Positions 7,878-18,246 of a stretch of 40,660 nt of DNA are shown here, in pieces; positions within the stretch are counted from its first letter, which is position 1; each line of letters begins with the position of its first letter. The position numbers and the translations under genes were made by a program. The stretch is from a virus (lineage: Duplodnaviria; Caudoviricetes). The stretch lies in IMG/VR virus record IMGVR_UViG_3300049166_000011, positions 1 through 40,660 of that record; one strand, given 5' to 3'. Below the pieces are notes generated by a model that had not been told where the DNA came from, ran no database searches, and saw only the letters and a list, made by a program, of their open reading frames with translations.

Positions 7878-10800
7878 ATGCCTTCCGCTGGGTCCGTACA
7901 CGTCGATGTCCTGCCCGACACCAAAAGGTTCGGCCCTCAGCTGCGCACACAACTGAGGCAGATCGCTGCGTCCACCCGCTCCGACATCTCCGTGCGGGTG
8001 CGGGTGGACACCGGCGCCGCCATGACGAAACTGCGGGCGCTGCGCACACTCGCCGATGAGCTCGACGGGCGTCTCGTCCGCATGGGAACCTCCGACATCG
8101 GCAACGGTGGAACGACCGGTGCGTCCACTCCTCTGTCCTCCGTTGGCGGAACCCAGACCGGCACTGTCCGTGTGAACACCACCCAGGCCACCGCCGCGCT
8201 GCGTGGTGTGTCGGCGCAGGTGAGCGCCCTCAACAGGAAGACAGCGACCGTGCGGGTGCGGGTCGATGAGAAGTCGGCCCGGCAGGCGCAGAAGCGTCTC
8301 AAAGAGTTCTCCGACGCGTCCCCGGCGATGATGACGGCGGTGTCGGTGCTCGCGCCTCCCGCCGTGCCGCTGGCGGGCGCCGCGGTCGGCGGGGCGGCCG
8401 GTCTGCTGCCCGGGGCGACGGCGGGCCTGACCGGCCTCGGTGCGGTCGCGCTGGCCACCATCCCCGGCCTGGTCGGGGTCGGCAAGGCCATGGACCTGCA
8501 GAAGAAGGCCGCGGAGGGCGCTGAGGGCGCCATGGAGGAGTACCAGCAGGCGCTGGACTCGCTGACGCCGCACGCCACCGAGGTGATGGAGTCCCTCGCG
8601 GACCTGACGACCACCTACAACACCTGGCAGACCGGCCTGCAGTCCTCGACGATGGCGCCGATCTCGCGTGCGCTGGGTGTGGCCGAGTCGAACCTGTCCG
8701 ACCTGACTGGGACCGTGGTGAGCGCTTCCCGGGGCCTGGACGAGCTGATGGTGTCCGCGGAGAAGGGCCTGAACTCCCCGTACTGGGAAAGCTTCATCAG
8801 CTTCACGGAGCGGCAGGCGGGGCCGACCCTGTCATCTCTGGGCCGCACCATCGGATGGCTCACCCTCGGCATCACTGGCCTGTCCGTGAGCTTCGAGCCG
8901 CTGTGGGACTCCATGTCCGCGGGCATGGAGAGTGGAGCTCGCAGCTTCGCGGACTGGGCGAACGAGGCCGACAACTTCACCGGCTTCGTGTCCTGGACCA
9001 TCGAGAACGGCCCCATGCTGCTGGGGGTGCTCGGGGACGTATCCGGCGCCATCATCGACCTGGGCGTGGCCATCGCCCCGATCGGCCTGGTGTACGCCGA
9101 GGCGATCGGCCACCTCGCGCAGGGCATCTCGTGGCTGGCCGAGACCGCTCCGGGGCTGCTGCAGCTGGCGGTGGCCGCCTATACCGCACACATGGGGCTG
9201 CAGCTCCTCACCCGCATCAACCAGGGGATGATCCAGCCTCTGCGGGAGCTGCCTGGGCGCCTCCGCGAGTACGGCGACCAGCTCCGCAACGTTGGCACCG
9301 CCGCGGGCACTGCCACCGGATCCGCCAACGGATTCCGCAACGCCATCGGTGGTGCCGTGGGCGCCCTGGGTGGCCCGTGGGGCATCGCCATCGCCGCCGG
9401 TGTGGCTGCACTCGGCATCTTCATCGCGAAGAAAGCCGAAGCCGAGCAGAAGGTACGCGACTACACCGAAGCCGTCCGCGCTGACACCGGAGCGATCGGC
9501 GAGAACACCCGCGCCGCCGCAGCCAACGCCTTGGAGACCGAAGGCATCCTGGAGCTGGCCGACAGGTACGGGCTGTCCCTCTCCCAGGTCACCGATGCTG
9601 CCACCGGCAACACCGATGCCCTGAGCTCGGTGACTGCTGAGATCGACCGGCAGATCGAGTCGTACAAGCAGATGGAGACCGTGGGCGCGGCCGAGCGGGC
9701 CCGTCAGGAAGGCCACATCGACCGCCTGGAGAAGATCCGGGACGCGCTGGTCGGAGAGAACCAGGCCATCAGCGAGTCGGTGTCGTCGTACCAGCGCTCC
9801 ACCGAGGCGATGGGGGGAGCACAGACCGCCCAGGAGGGTGTCAACGGCGCTCTGGCGCAGGGGGCTGCGAACGCCCGTGACCTGCGCTCTGCCTTGGACG
9901 AGCTCACCGCCGCGAACATCGGCGCGACCGAGGCCGAGGTCGGCTTCCAGAGCGCCCTGGACCGCGCCAACGAGTCCGTGGCCACCAATGGCACCACCCT
10001 GGACACCGCCACCGAGGCGGGGCGCAACAACAAGACGGCGCTGATCGGTCTGGCGGAGGCTACGCACACGCAGACCGACGCCATGCACCGCAATGATCGT
10101 GCGGCTGCGGAGATCATCCAGTCGCACGAGCGGGCGCGCACGGAGTTCGTCCGCGTGGCCCGCCAAATGGGGCTGACCGAGGAGGCCGCCGAGGATCTCG
10201 CGGACGAGTACCTCGGTATCCCCTCCGAGGTGGAGACCGCGATCCGTCTGCGTGCCACCGGCACGTACTCGGCCGACACCGGGCAGATGGCTCCGGCTGG
10301 GTCGCAGGCGGGGTTCTACTCGCAGGGCGGTGCGGTCCACGGCCCGGGTACGAAGACGTCCGACAGCATCAACGCTCGCTTGTCGGATGGTGAGTTCGTG
10401 CAGCGTGCGGCGGCCGTGGACAAGTACGGCGTGGGGTTCATGCACGCCCTCAACGAGGGGCGGGTGCCGAAGGAGGAGCTGCCGGGGTTCGCGACGGGCG
10501 GGTACTTCCGTCGCACCGAGCACATCGGTGAGGACGCCTGGAACCAGATCAATGACCACAGGGAAGATGTCCGCATCGAGATTCAGAGCCTGTACGAGGC
10601 TCTGGTGGACATCGGCGGCCGGGACATGGCGGCCCGCTATAAGAAGATGCTGTCCGAGGGCGGCAACGGCGCCGTGCAGCGCGCGCTCAGCCAGCGCGGT
10701 GTCCCGTACTCGTGGGGCGGTGGCGGCCCGTCCGGGCCCTCTCGCGGGTTCGGTCGCGGCGCGAACACCGTTGGTTTCGACTGCTCCAGCCTCATGCAGT

Positions 10801-11324
10801 ACGCGTGGTGGCCGTGGTCGAAGCTGCCACGGGTCACCTACAGCCAGATCAACTCCGGTCAGGCGGTCACCAGGTCGCAGGCGATCCCGGGCGACCTGCT
10901 TTTCCCCAGCCTGGGCCACGTCACGATGTACACCGGCAACGGCCAGATGGTCCACGCCCCGCGCACGGGGGACGTGGTGCGCACCGCACCGGCCTACGCC
11001 AACCCGATCGCTGTCCGGCGTCCCACCAGGCGCGCTGACGGCGGCCCGGTCAACGCCGGACAGTGGTCGTGGGTGGGCGAAGACGGCCCGGAACTAGTGA
11101 AGTTCTCCAGCCCTGGCCAGGTGTACTCAACTGCAGAATCGGCGCGGATTGCAGCTGAGGCCCGGTCTACTGCTGCGGCTGCTCGTGGTGGCTCTGCCGC
11201 CCCGCTGGTCGGCAGTCAGACCTTCGAGATCCACACCGCTGAGCACGCCCTTCGTGAGGCGGTGCAGGAGATGACGCACGGCCTGAAGGTGGCCCGCAAG
11301 GGAGGCGTGTACGCCGATGCCTGA
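7878..11324 (+). CDS. Tape measure protein with C-terminal NlpC/P60 domain
   Basis: 1148 aa Ala/Gly-rich; GPGTKTSDSI...GEFV; GVPYSWGGG...GFDCSSL...GHVTMY...MVHAP; VGEDGPELV. Confidence 0.95.
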   Translation: MPSAGSVHVDVLPDTKRFGPQLRTQLRQIAASTRSDISVRVRVDTGAAMTKLRALRTLADELDGRLVRMGTSDIGNGGTTGASTPLSSVGGTQTGTVRVNTTQATAALRGVSAQVSALNRKTATVRVRVDEKSARQAQKRLKEFSDASPAMMTAVSVLAPPAVPLAGAAVGGAAGLLPGATAGLTGLGAVALATIPGLVGVGKAMDLQKKAAEGAEGAMEEYQQALDSLTPHATEVMESLADLTTTYNTWQTGLQSSTMAPISRALGVAESNLSDLTGTVVSASRGLDELMVSAEKGLNSPYWESFISFTERQAGPTLSSLGRTIGWLTLGITGLSVSFEPLWDSMSAGMESGARSFADWANEADNFTGFVSWTIENGPMLLGVLGDVSGAIIDLGVAIAPIGLVYAEAIGHLAQGISWLAETAPGLLQLAVAAYTAHMGLQLLTRINQGMIQPLRELPGRLREYGDQLRNVGTAAGTATGSANGFRNAIGGAVGALGGPWGIAIAAGVAALGIFIAKKAEAEQKVRDYTEAVRADTGAIGENTRAAAANALETEGILELADRYGLSLSQVTDAATGNTDALSSVTAEIDRQIESYKQMETVGAAERARQEGHIDRLEKIRDALVGENQAISESVSSYQRSTEAMGGAQTAQEGVNGALAQGAANARDLRSALDELTAANIGATEAEVGFQSALDRANESVATNGTTLDTATEAGRNNKTALIGLAEATHTQTDAMHRNDRAAAEIIQSHERARTEFVRVARQMGLTEEAAEDLADEYLGIPSEVETAIRLRATGTYSADTGQMAPAGSQAGFYSQGGAVHGPGTKTSDSINARLSDGEFVQRAAAVDKYGVGFMHALNEGRVPKEELPGFATGGYFRRTEHIGEDAWNQINDHREDVRIEIQSLYEALVDIGGRDMAARYKKMLSEGGNGAVQRALSQRGVPYSWGGGGPSGPSRGFGRGANTVGFDCSSLMQYAWWPWSKLPRVTYSQINSGQAVTRSQAIPGDLLFPSLGHVTMYTGNGQMVHAPRTGDVVRTAPAYANPIAVRRPTRRADGGPVNAGQWSWVGEDGPELVKFSSPGQVYSTAESARIAAEARSTAAAARGGSAAPLVGSQTFEIHTAEHALREAVQEMTHGLKVARKGGVYADA

Positions 11325-12198
11325 CCTTGCAGAGCGCCAGTACGAGCTCGGGGGTGTGGTCTTCGGCGACCTCACCCCCGTGCAGTGCGACGACGTGGAC
11401 ATCGGCGACGTGGGCCGCCGCACCGGAGACCGTGAGTCCCCCGGCAGCGACGGTGTTCAGTTCGGTCTGGACTACCACGACGGGCGTCTCCTCACGTGGG
11501 AGCTGTGGACGGACACCACCACCGCCACGGACGCTAGGTCTGCGTGGGCGACGCTGCGCACCGCATGGTCGGGTGACCAGGTGCGCGGCGTCTCCCGGGC
11601 GGTCATGCCGCTGCGGATGCACCTTCCCGGGTCGGACACGGTCCGGGTGTACGGGCGGCCACGCCGCATGACCCCGGCATCGCAACGCTCCCGCGCGGAC
11701 GGCGTCATCGACCTGGTCGCGGACTTCCAGACGGCTGACCGGGCCTTCTACGCGGATGTGGAGCAGGAGCGCACCTTGACGCTGCTGCCCAATCTCAGCG
11801 GCGGACTCATGGTCCCTTTCACACCACCGGTCGTGCTCAACCCCGTGTCCAACTCGGATTCCACGATGGCCACCAACACGGGCGACCTGCCGACGTGGCC
11901 CGTGATCACCTTCCACGGACCCATCACCAACCCGTCTGTGGAGTGGGTGGCCACCGGGGCCCGTCTGACCTTGCAAGTCACGCTCGCGACCGGCCGATCC
12001 GTGACCGTGGACACCCGACCGTGGGCGCGCACCGCACTCCGCGACGACGGCGCATCCCTCGCAGGTCAGCTTCGCGGGCCGCGCCTCAGCGAGTTCACCC
12101 TGCCCGTCGGGTCCACGCAAATCGCTTTCCGTGGCCAAGACCCCACTGGCACCTCGTCCTGTCGCGTGTCCTGGCGCGACGCCTACTCAACGCCTTAG
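11317..12198 (+). CDS. Distal tail (Dit-like) protein
   Basis: Follows tape measure; YGRPRR, NTGDLPTWPVITFHGPITNP, WRDAY. Confidence 0.85.
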   Translation: MPDLAERQYELGGVVFGDLTPVQCDDVDIGDVGRRTGDRESPGSDGVQFGLDYHDGRLLTWELWTDTTTATDARSAWATLRTAWSGDQVRGVSRAVMPLRMHLPGSDTVRVYGRPRRMTPASQRSRADGVIDLVADFQTADRAFYADVEQERTLTLLPNLSGGLMVPFTPPVVLNPVSNSDSTMATNTGDLPTWPVITFHGPITNPSVEWVATGARLTLQVTLATGRSVTVDTRPWARTALRDDGASLAGQLRGPRLSEFTLPVGSTQIAFRGQDPTGTSSCRVSWRDAYSTP

Positions 12199-12206
12199 GA
12201 GGCAAC

Positions 12207-13211
12207 GTGGCTTTCGGTGGCGTGTACGCCGTAGACGGCTCCGAGCTGACCGGCCCCGTACTCCGAGCCCAGCTCAAGTCCGCCACCCGCGCGGGCGAGG
12301 GCATCATCGAGTACGGCGACCTGCGGGTGCGCGCGCTCGCCGTGCCGGGCACGTCGGTGCGGGTCGCGTCCGGGTCCTGCGTGATCCTCGGCCGCGAAGT
12401 GGCCTTCCAAGGCAGCTACTACGGCACGAACTTCGGCGAAGAGCAGGTGCCGATCGCCGCGACCGGGTCCGGGGCTGGCCGCTCCGACATGATCGTCGCC
12501 CAGGTCGAAGATCCGACCATCTCCGGGTCCCCGTGGTCGCACAACCCCGCCACAGAACCCCTCATCTACCTGCGGGTCATTCAGAGTGTCGCCCCCGGAG
12601 CGACCACTGTCCCGCCCGGGATCAGCGCGATCCCGCTCGCCCGCATCGACATCCCCGCGAACACGGCGACGATCACCCAGTCGATGATCACCGACCTGCG
12701 GCGGATGATGGATGAGCGCTCCAAGGTCGTCATGCGGGTGCAGCGCGGCGTCACCCCCATCGACTACGCGGGCAACATCCAGGCGCCGGAATGGGAGAAC
12801 TGGCCCAACCTGGTGTGGACCGACATCGACATCCCAGCCTGGGCGACGCAGGTGCAGATCGACGCGATCTGGGGTCAAACGGCGTTCTCGTCCAACGACC
12901 AGGCCGGAGGGACGGGATCCACAGACGCGCGCGGGCACGTGCGGGTGTCCCTCGGCGTGACCGGTCAGGTGATCAGGTCCGCGCCGTCCGCGTACAACTT
13001 CAACGTGGACCCGGGGAACGGCCAGAGGATCGCGATCTTCAACTTCGACCAGGTCGCGATCCCCGCTGCGATGCGTGGGATCACCACGAACTTGCAGATG
13101 CAGGTGTCCGGCGAGGTGGGGGTGCGCGGCCGACTGCGGGCTGACAGCGCCTCCAACTACCGGGTGACCTTGAACTTCCTGGAGCGCCCGGTCGTGGACA
13201 TCGACGCGTAA
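12207..13211 (+). CDS. Minor tail protein
   Basis: AGGAGG RBS then GTG; RSDMIVAQVEDP, IPLARIDIPANTATIT. Confidence 0.8.
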   Translation: MAFGGVYAVDGSELTGPVLRAQLKSATRAGEGIIEYGDLRVRALAVPGTSVRVASGSCVILGREVAFQGSYYGTNFGEEQVPIAATGSGAGRSDMIVAQVEDPTISGSPWSHNPATEPLIYLRVIQSVAPGATTVPPGISAIPLARIDIPANTATITQSMITDLRRMMDERSKVVMRVQRGVTPIDYAGNIQAPEWENWPNLVWTDIDIPAWATQVQIDAIWGQTAFSSNDQAGGTGSTDARGHVRVSLGVTGQVIRSAPSAYNFNVDPGNGQRIAIFNFDQVAIPAAMRGITTNLQMQVSGEVGVRGRLRADSASNYRVTLNFLERPVVDIDA

Positions 13212-13221
13212 GGGGGCACCT

Positions 13222-14457
13222 GTGGCTTGGCGGTGCTACGCACAGCGCGTCCTCACCAACGAGTGGCTCAGCCGGGATCTGCCCCTGTCGGACCTGCGGG
13301 TCACGTCGACACTGTCGGGGCCGTGCCGGGTGACCGGGAAGATCGACCCGATCTACCAGGACCTGAAAGCCGACGACGGCGAACTGCTGCTCTCCCCGTG
13401 GCGGACGTGGGTGTGGGTGGAAGCCTCCGACCAGATCCGTGGCGGCGGCCTCGTCACCGACGTGAAAACGGTGGGCCAGGAGCTGACGGTGGAGGTCACC
13501 GGGGTGTCGGGGTATCTGGCGGGGCAGCCGCTGGTGAACAACCTGCGCTGGGGCGGCAAGACAGACGGCGTCACGGGGAACGGCGTGGACCCCTTGGTGG
13601 TGTACCGCCGCCTGTGGGAGTGGGTGCAGTCCCGGTCGAACAGCAACCTCGGCGTCACCGTGGACGGCACCACGTCCCCGTACCGACTGGGCGAGTGGCA
13701 CAACACCCGCCGCATCGAACCTGACGGCAAGCTCGGCCCCGCCAAGGAAGTGAACACCACCCCGATCCCGATCGACCGGGTGTGGACCAAGCGCGACAAA
13801 CCGCCGGTCCCGGCACAGGGCAAGACCCTGTACTGGCAGTACCAGCTGAACTGGTGGGACAACCACGAACTCGGCCGTCAAGCAGACGAGTACGCCCGTC
13901 AGACCCCGTTCGACTACCGCGAGACCTACCGGTGGGCGTCGCCCGCGAAAGAGGCGGTGGTCAAGCACATCACGCTCGGGTACCCGCGCCTGGGCCGCCG
14001 GTCGGACAAGCGCTTCGCGGAGCAGGAGAACATCAGCGGCGTCCTGACGATCCAGCGGTCCGGCGACGACTACGCCAACGCGATCGTCGCCTACGGCGCG
14101 GGCGAGGGCTCCAAGATGATCAAGTCCTCGGTGTCGACCGCTGACGGTCGTGTGCGCCGCACCCGCACCGTGGAACGCCCCGACATCACGACGGAGGCCG
14201 CGCTGCGCGCCGTCGCAGAGGACGAACTCCGCAGGTGGAACTCGGTAGAGGACATCACGTCCTTCACCGTCCACGACCACCCCAACGCCAAGCTCGGCAC
14301 CTTCGACGTCGGAGACGACGTCCTCGTCCACGCCTACACCGGGTGGTCTCCCATCGACCTGTGGGTGCGCATCACCTCCATGACCCTCTCCCCCGACACA
14401 GGCGAGGTCACTGTGACCTGCTCGCGGTCGGACCGATTCCGATACGGAGGCGCTTGA
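13222..14457 (+). CDS. Baseplate hub/Tal-like minor tail protein
   Basis: LGYPRLGRR, YANAIVAYGAGEG, FDVGDDV...WVRI. Confidence 0.85.
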   Translation: MAWRCYAQRVLTNEWLSRDLPLSDLRVTSTLSGPCRVTGKIDPIYQDLKADDGELLLSPWRTWVWVEASDQIRGGGLVTDVKTVGQELTVEVTGVSGYLAGQPLVNNLRWGGKTDGVTGNGVDPLVVYRRLWEWVQSRSNSNLGVTVDGTTSPYRLGEWHNTRRIEPDGKLGPAKEVNTTPIPIDRVWTKRDKPPVPAQGKTLYWQYQLNWWDNHELGRQADEYARQTPFDYRETYRWASPAKEAVVKHITLGYPRLGRRSDKRFAEQENISGVLTIQRSGDDYANAIVAYGAGEGSKMIKSSVSTADGRVRRTRTVERPDITTEAALRAVAEDELRRWNSVEDITSFTVHDHPNAKLGTFDVGDDVLVHAYTGWSPIDLWVRITSMTLSPDTGEVTVTCSRSDRFRYGGA

Positions 14458-16328
14458 TGAATCCTCGCCTGGAGCAGGTGCTCCGCGACTTCCAGCGGGA
14501 GCTGACCCGCCATGACCGGGAGCTGGACACGCTCAAGCGTGCCGCACGCACCCCGCAGCTCGCCCACTCTTCGCTGGAGGAGGGGCAGGCGATCGAGACG
14601 CGCTCCGAAGACGGCACGACCCGCCAGCTCATCGGGTGGCTGCCGGATGGCACGGTCGGCATGATCACTGAGGGCGGGGATCCGGTGTCTGCCCCCTCTG
14701 TGCCGGTGGTCATCCCGTCGCTGGGCGGGCTGCGGGTGACGTGGGACGGGACCCTGTCGGGCGAGCTCGCCCTGCCCGGCGATTTCGACCACATGGCCGT
14801 GCACGTGTCCACCACGTCGGGCTTCGAGCCCAGCGCCGCGACCTACCAAGGCAGTATCCGCCGTGCGGGTGAGGGCGGCATGCTCCCCGTCGTGCCGCTC
14901 CCCTATGTGGAGCACTATGTGGTGCTGGTGCCCGTCACCACCGGGGGTGTGCAGGGCGTCCCGTCCGCTGAGGTGGCCGCGACACCGCTCCAGGTGGACG
15001 GCGCGGACCTGACCGTAGGGAGCGTGACCGCGCCGATCATCGCTGCCGGCGCCGTCGAAGCGGACAAGCTCGAAGCGATCCTCGTCCTCGCGTCCACGAT
15101 CATCGCGGGCATCCCTGGCGCCGCACGCGTCGAGCTCGACCAGGACGGGCTACGCGGCTACAGCACCGACAACACGCTGGTCTTCGCCGTTGACTCATCG
15201 GGCAATGCCGTATTCAGCGGGGATATCACCGGTTCCGAGATCACCGGCTCCCGGATGACCATCGACAGCGGCACTGGCAGTGTCGGCGTCATCGAGGACG
15301 CCTCCGGGATCGTGCGCGCCCGTGTCACCTCAGCCAGTCAAGCCCGAGCCCAACTCGCCGCCACCGACACCCAGGCGGAGTTCTCCGTGTGGGGGAACGC
15401 GGCCAGTCCCACCACCCCCGCTGGGGGGATGATCGCCGCGTCCGGGGTGTGCCAGATCGGCCTGTACTCCGACGCGTCCAACTTGTCCACCAAACCGGTG
15501 GTGTCCCTGTCCGCTTTCACTGACGAGACGCGGCTGTCGGCACGGTCGGGCGGCGGATCGGAGGTGCTGATCCGGGCTCTGCCGGACTACGCGTCCATCA
15601 TGCTCACCGCACCTCCCGCCACCGACCCCGCCGACGCACAAGCCTCGGGCTATCTGTACGCCCAGCGGTACACCAATGACATCGCTGCGGTGTCCATGCA
15701 GGGCCCGATGTGGGCGGCGGGCTCCGGCCCGGAGCGGGATCGGCGGTCCATGCTGCACTTGGAGGGAGCGCGCCCGGATCGGGCGTACACGCGCGCCGTC
15801 CACTCGGCTCGCCGCCACCTAGTACAGGGCGAGTGGGACGGGACGGGGATTAGCTCCTCTGACGGCGTGTTGGACATCGCATCCACCCACAGCATCATCG
15901 CGCCCCGACACGCCCCGCTGACCACCACCCTGACCGCAAACCCTTCCTTCACCACAGCCGGGTCGTATGTCGACTTCACCGCCGCGCAGATGCCACCCAT
16001 CCCCTTCCGCACCGGCTGGTCAGGGCGGGTAAAAATCAGTCTCATGTCCGCGGGCTACAACGCCACCGGCACCGACACCAACCTTCGTCTGGCTTTTCGG
16101 CTGTCGGGTGCGCAGACCATCTCCGCATCCCCTGACCGGGGCACCTGGATGACCAATTCGGGGACGGGCTCCACCACCCGCTCCATGTCCACACGGATCG
16201 TGGTCATGGAGCTGCAAGGCAACGCCTCCTACACACTGCACCCGCAGTGGTACTCCTCCACGAACACTGGCGCGGTCACGTTCTCGGTCGCGCTGGGCAA
16301 CACCATCATCGTCGAGCCACTCACCTAG
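14457..16328 (+). CDS. Tail fibre/receptor-binding protein
   Basis: TGATG overlap. N-terminal coiled coil, FN3-like segment (LRVTWDG...VHVSTTSGF), beta-rich remainder. Confidence 0.75.
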   Translation: MNPRLEQVLRDFQRELTRHDRELDTLKRAARTPQLAHSSLEEGQAIETRSEDGTTRQLIGWLPDGTVGMITEGGDPVSAPSVPVVIPSLGGLRVTWDGTLSGELALPGDFDHMAVHVSTTSGFEPSAATYQGSIRRAGEGGMLPVVPLPYVEHYVVLVPVTTGGVQGVPSAEVAATPLQVDGADLTVGSVTAPIIAAGAVEADKLEAILVLASTIIAGIPGAARVELDQDGLRGYSTDNTLVFAVDSSGNAVFSGDITGSEITGSRMTIDSGTGSVGVIEDASGIVRARVTSASQARAQLAATDTQAEFSVWGNAASPTTPAGGMIAASGVCQIGLYSDASNLSTKPVVSLSAFTDETRLSARSGGGSEVLIRALPDYASIMLTAPPATDPADAQASGYLYAQRYTNDIAAVSMQGPMWAAGSGPERDRRSMLHLEGARPDRAYTRAVHSARRHLVQGEWDGTGISSSDGVLDIASTHSIIAPRHAPLTTTLTANPSFTTAGSYVDFTAAQMPPIPFRTGWSGRVKISLMSAGYNATGTDTNLRLAFRLSGAQTISASPDRGTWMTNSGTGSTTRSMSTRIVVMELQGNASYTLHPQWYSSTNTGAVTFSVALGNTIIVEPLT

Positions 16329-16337
16329 GAAGATCGC

Positions 16338-16499
16338 ATGTCAGAGCCTGCACCGGAACCGACCGACCCCATCGGTCCGCCTCCCATCACCCCGATGCCC
16401 GATCCCGCCCCCGACCCGGGCCCGTCACAGCCCGATCCGCCGCCGGACACCCCTCCCGGGACAGGCGGCGATTACCCCGACGTGCCCTCTGACGTGTAG
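16338..16499 (+). CDS. 53-aa Pro/Asp-rich peptide (not in ORF track)
   Basis: AGGA RBS; MSEPAPEPTDPIGPPPITPMPDPAPDPGPSQPDPPPDTPPGTGGDYPDVPSDV; fills the gap. Confidence 0.6.
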   Translation: MSEPAPEPTDPIGPPPITPMPDPAPDPGPSQPDPPPDTPPGTGGDYPDVPSDV

Positions 16500-16511
16500 G
16501 GAGAAGGCCTG

Positions 16512-16796
16512 ATGCCCGACGAGCCCACCATGTGGGAGCTGAAAAGGGCCATCGAGTCGGGCTACAGGGAGCTGTCTGGCGACATCGCGCAGCTCAACAA
16601 CCAGCTGGGCATGTATGTGCTGCGCGAGGTGTACGACGCCCACCGCGTCGCCGACCTGGAACGCATCGCCCGCCTCGAAGCCCAAATCGTTGACCTGCGG
16701 GAACAGGTCCGCAAGGCCATGTGGACCGCCATCAGCTCGTTCCTCGCACCGATCGCCGTCGCGGTCGTGCTGGCCTTCATGCTGCGAGGTGGGTAA
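16512..16796 (+). CDS. Membrane protein (coiled coil plus C-terminal TM helix)
   Basis: 94 aa ending [19 protein letters not shown]; GGAG RBS. Confidence 0.8.
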   Translation: MPDEPTMWELKRAIESGYRELSGDIAQLNNQLGMYVLREVYDAHRVADLERIARLEAQIVDLREQVRKAMWTAISSFLAPIAVAVVLAFMLRGG

Positions 16797-17293
16797 TGGC
16801 GATGTACCGGCCCACCGCACGCGGAACCTTGTACATCCTCGCCCTGGTGCTCGTCGCTGGGGTGCTCGCCGGGCTCGTCGGCGCCGTCGTGCAACAGTCC
16901 CAGCGGCTGTCGGACGCCGAAAGGCATCGTGAGGAGCTGTCGCAGCAGGTCGAGCACCTGGGCGGCACTCCGGTTCCCCCGCCCACGTCCACGCCCGTTC
17001 CGGTGCCTGGCCCGTCTGGTCCACCCGGGCCTCGTGGCATGGACGGAGAAGACGGCGAGGACGGTGCCACCGGGTCGCCCGGCGCGGACGGAGAAGACGG
17101 CAGCGACGGAACATCTGGGCCTGCGGGAGCGCCCGGGGCGCAGGGCCTCTCAGGCCCTGAAGGTCCGGCTGGCCCTCAGGGCCCGCAAGGCCCTGAGGGG
17201 CCACAGGGGCCCGAAGGGCCACCTGGTCCGCCGGGGCCTCCCGGCCCACCGGGGCCGACCGTGACGGTCACCCCGTCCCCACCACTCACCTGA
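16796..17293 (+). CDS. Membrane-anchored collagen-like protein
   Basis: TAATG overlap; N-terminal TM helix; 28 Gly-X-Y triplets at 17009-17260. Confidence 0.85.
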   Translation: MAMYRPTARGTLYILALVLVAGVLAGLVGAVVQQSQRLSDAERHREELSQQVEHLGGTPVPPPTSTPVPVPGPSGPPGPRGMDGEDGEDGATGSPGADGEDGSDGTSGPAGAPGAQGLSGPEGPAGPQGPQGPEGPQGPEGPPGPPGPPGPPGPTVTVTPSPPLT

Positions 17294-17313
17294 CCCGCCG
17301 AGGCGGGTTTTTT
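17293..17313 (+). terminator. Intrinsic terminator upstream of the endolysin
   Basis: ACCCGC-CGAG-GCGGGT followed by a T run. Confidence 0.65.
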
Positions 17314-17332
17314 CATGCCCACAGGAGGGCGC

Positions 17333-18199
17333 ATGCCAGAGCCCGACAAGCTTCAGTGGCGGAGCGACTTCGGATGGTCCAAGTCCAGCCCCGCAGGACG
17401 CGCCGACCCCAAGAAGGGCCTGGTGATCCACTACGACAGCGCCGACCAAGGCCTCGCCGACAAGCCCCACTCGGCGTGCGTCGCGTACTGGAAGCGCACC
17501 CGCGGCTTCCACACCGGCCCCTCCAGGGGTTGGGTCGACATCGGCTACTCGTGGATGGCCTGCGCCCATGGGTACGTGATGGAGGGCCGGGGGTTGTTCC
17601 GCTCCCAGGCCGCACAGCCCGGCGGAAACAGCACCTACTACTCGGTGACGCTCGCGACGGGCCCCCGGGACGAGATCACCGAAGCGCAGATCAACGCGGT
17701 CCGCCAGCTCCGCGAGTGGCTGATGGAGCCGGTGTCCTCGATCTCGGGGGCGGTGCTCGGGCACCGCGACTTCATCGCCACCTCCTGCCCCGGCGACAAG
17801 GCGTACCGCCTGGTCCGCGACAGCACGTTCCGCAAACCCGCGAAGTGGGGCAGCGACACGCCCTCGGCGCCGAAGCCCACCAAGCCCGACGCCAAGCCCG
17901 CACCGAAGCCGAAGCCGTCCACGTCGAAGGCGCCGCGCTTCCCACTGCCCAAGGGCTACTACTTCGGGCCGAAGACGGGCCCGGCCTACAGCGTGTCCGG
18001 CTACTACTCCCACCGCGAGGACCTGAAGCGGTGGCAGCGCCGCATGCGCGACCGCGGGTGGGTGATCTCGGTGGACGGCCTGTACGGCAAGCAGACCGAG
18101 ACCGTCGCGAAGGCATTCCAGGCCGAGAAGGGCCTGTCGGTCGACGGCCTCATCGGCGCCCGGACGTGGGCCGCTGCGTGGGAGGAGGCCGTCACGTGA
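17333..18199 (+). CDS. Endolysin: N-acetylmuramoyl-L-alanine amidase plus peptidoglycan-binding domain
   Basis: [31 protein letters not shown]; VDGLYG...[18 protein letters not shown]. Confidence 0.92.
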   Translation: MPEPDKLQWRSDFGWSKSSPAGRADPKKGLVIHYDSADQGLADKPHSACVAYWKRTRGFHTGPSRGWVDIGYSWMACAHGYVMEGRGLFRSQAAQPGGNSTYYSVTLATGPRDEITEAQINAVRQLREWLMEPVSSISGAVLGHRDFIATSCPGDKAYRLVRDSTFRKPAKWGSDTPSAPKPTKPDAKPAPKPKPSTSKAPRFPLPKGYYFGPKTGPAYSVSGYYSHREDLKRWQRRMRDRGWVISVDGLYGKQTETVAKAFQAEKGLSVDGLIGARTWAAAWEEAVT

Positions 18200-18246
18200 C
18201 CTCGTCCGGCTGGTCCTGGCTGTAGATCCCAAGAGAGAAGGAATCC

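Noticed and set aside
8832-10955. 707-aa minus-strand ORF (similarly 2291-3610, 13081-14331)
   Set aside because: Antisense shadows of well-supported genes, expected from high-GC codon bias; no motifs
14457-16328. Diversity-generating retroelement or invertase-type fibre switching
   Set aside because: No reverse transcriptase, template/variable repeat pair or small invertase seen in the window
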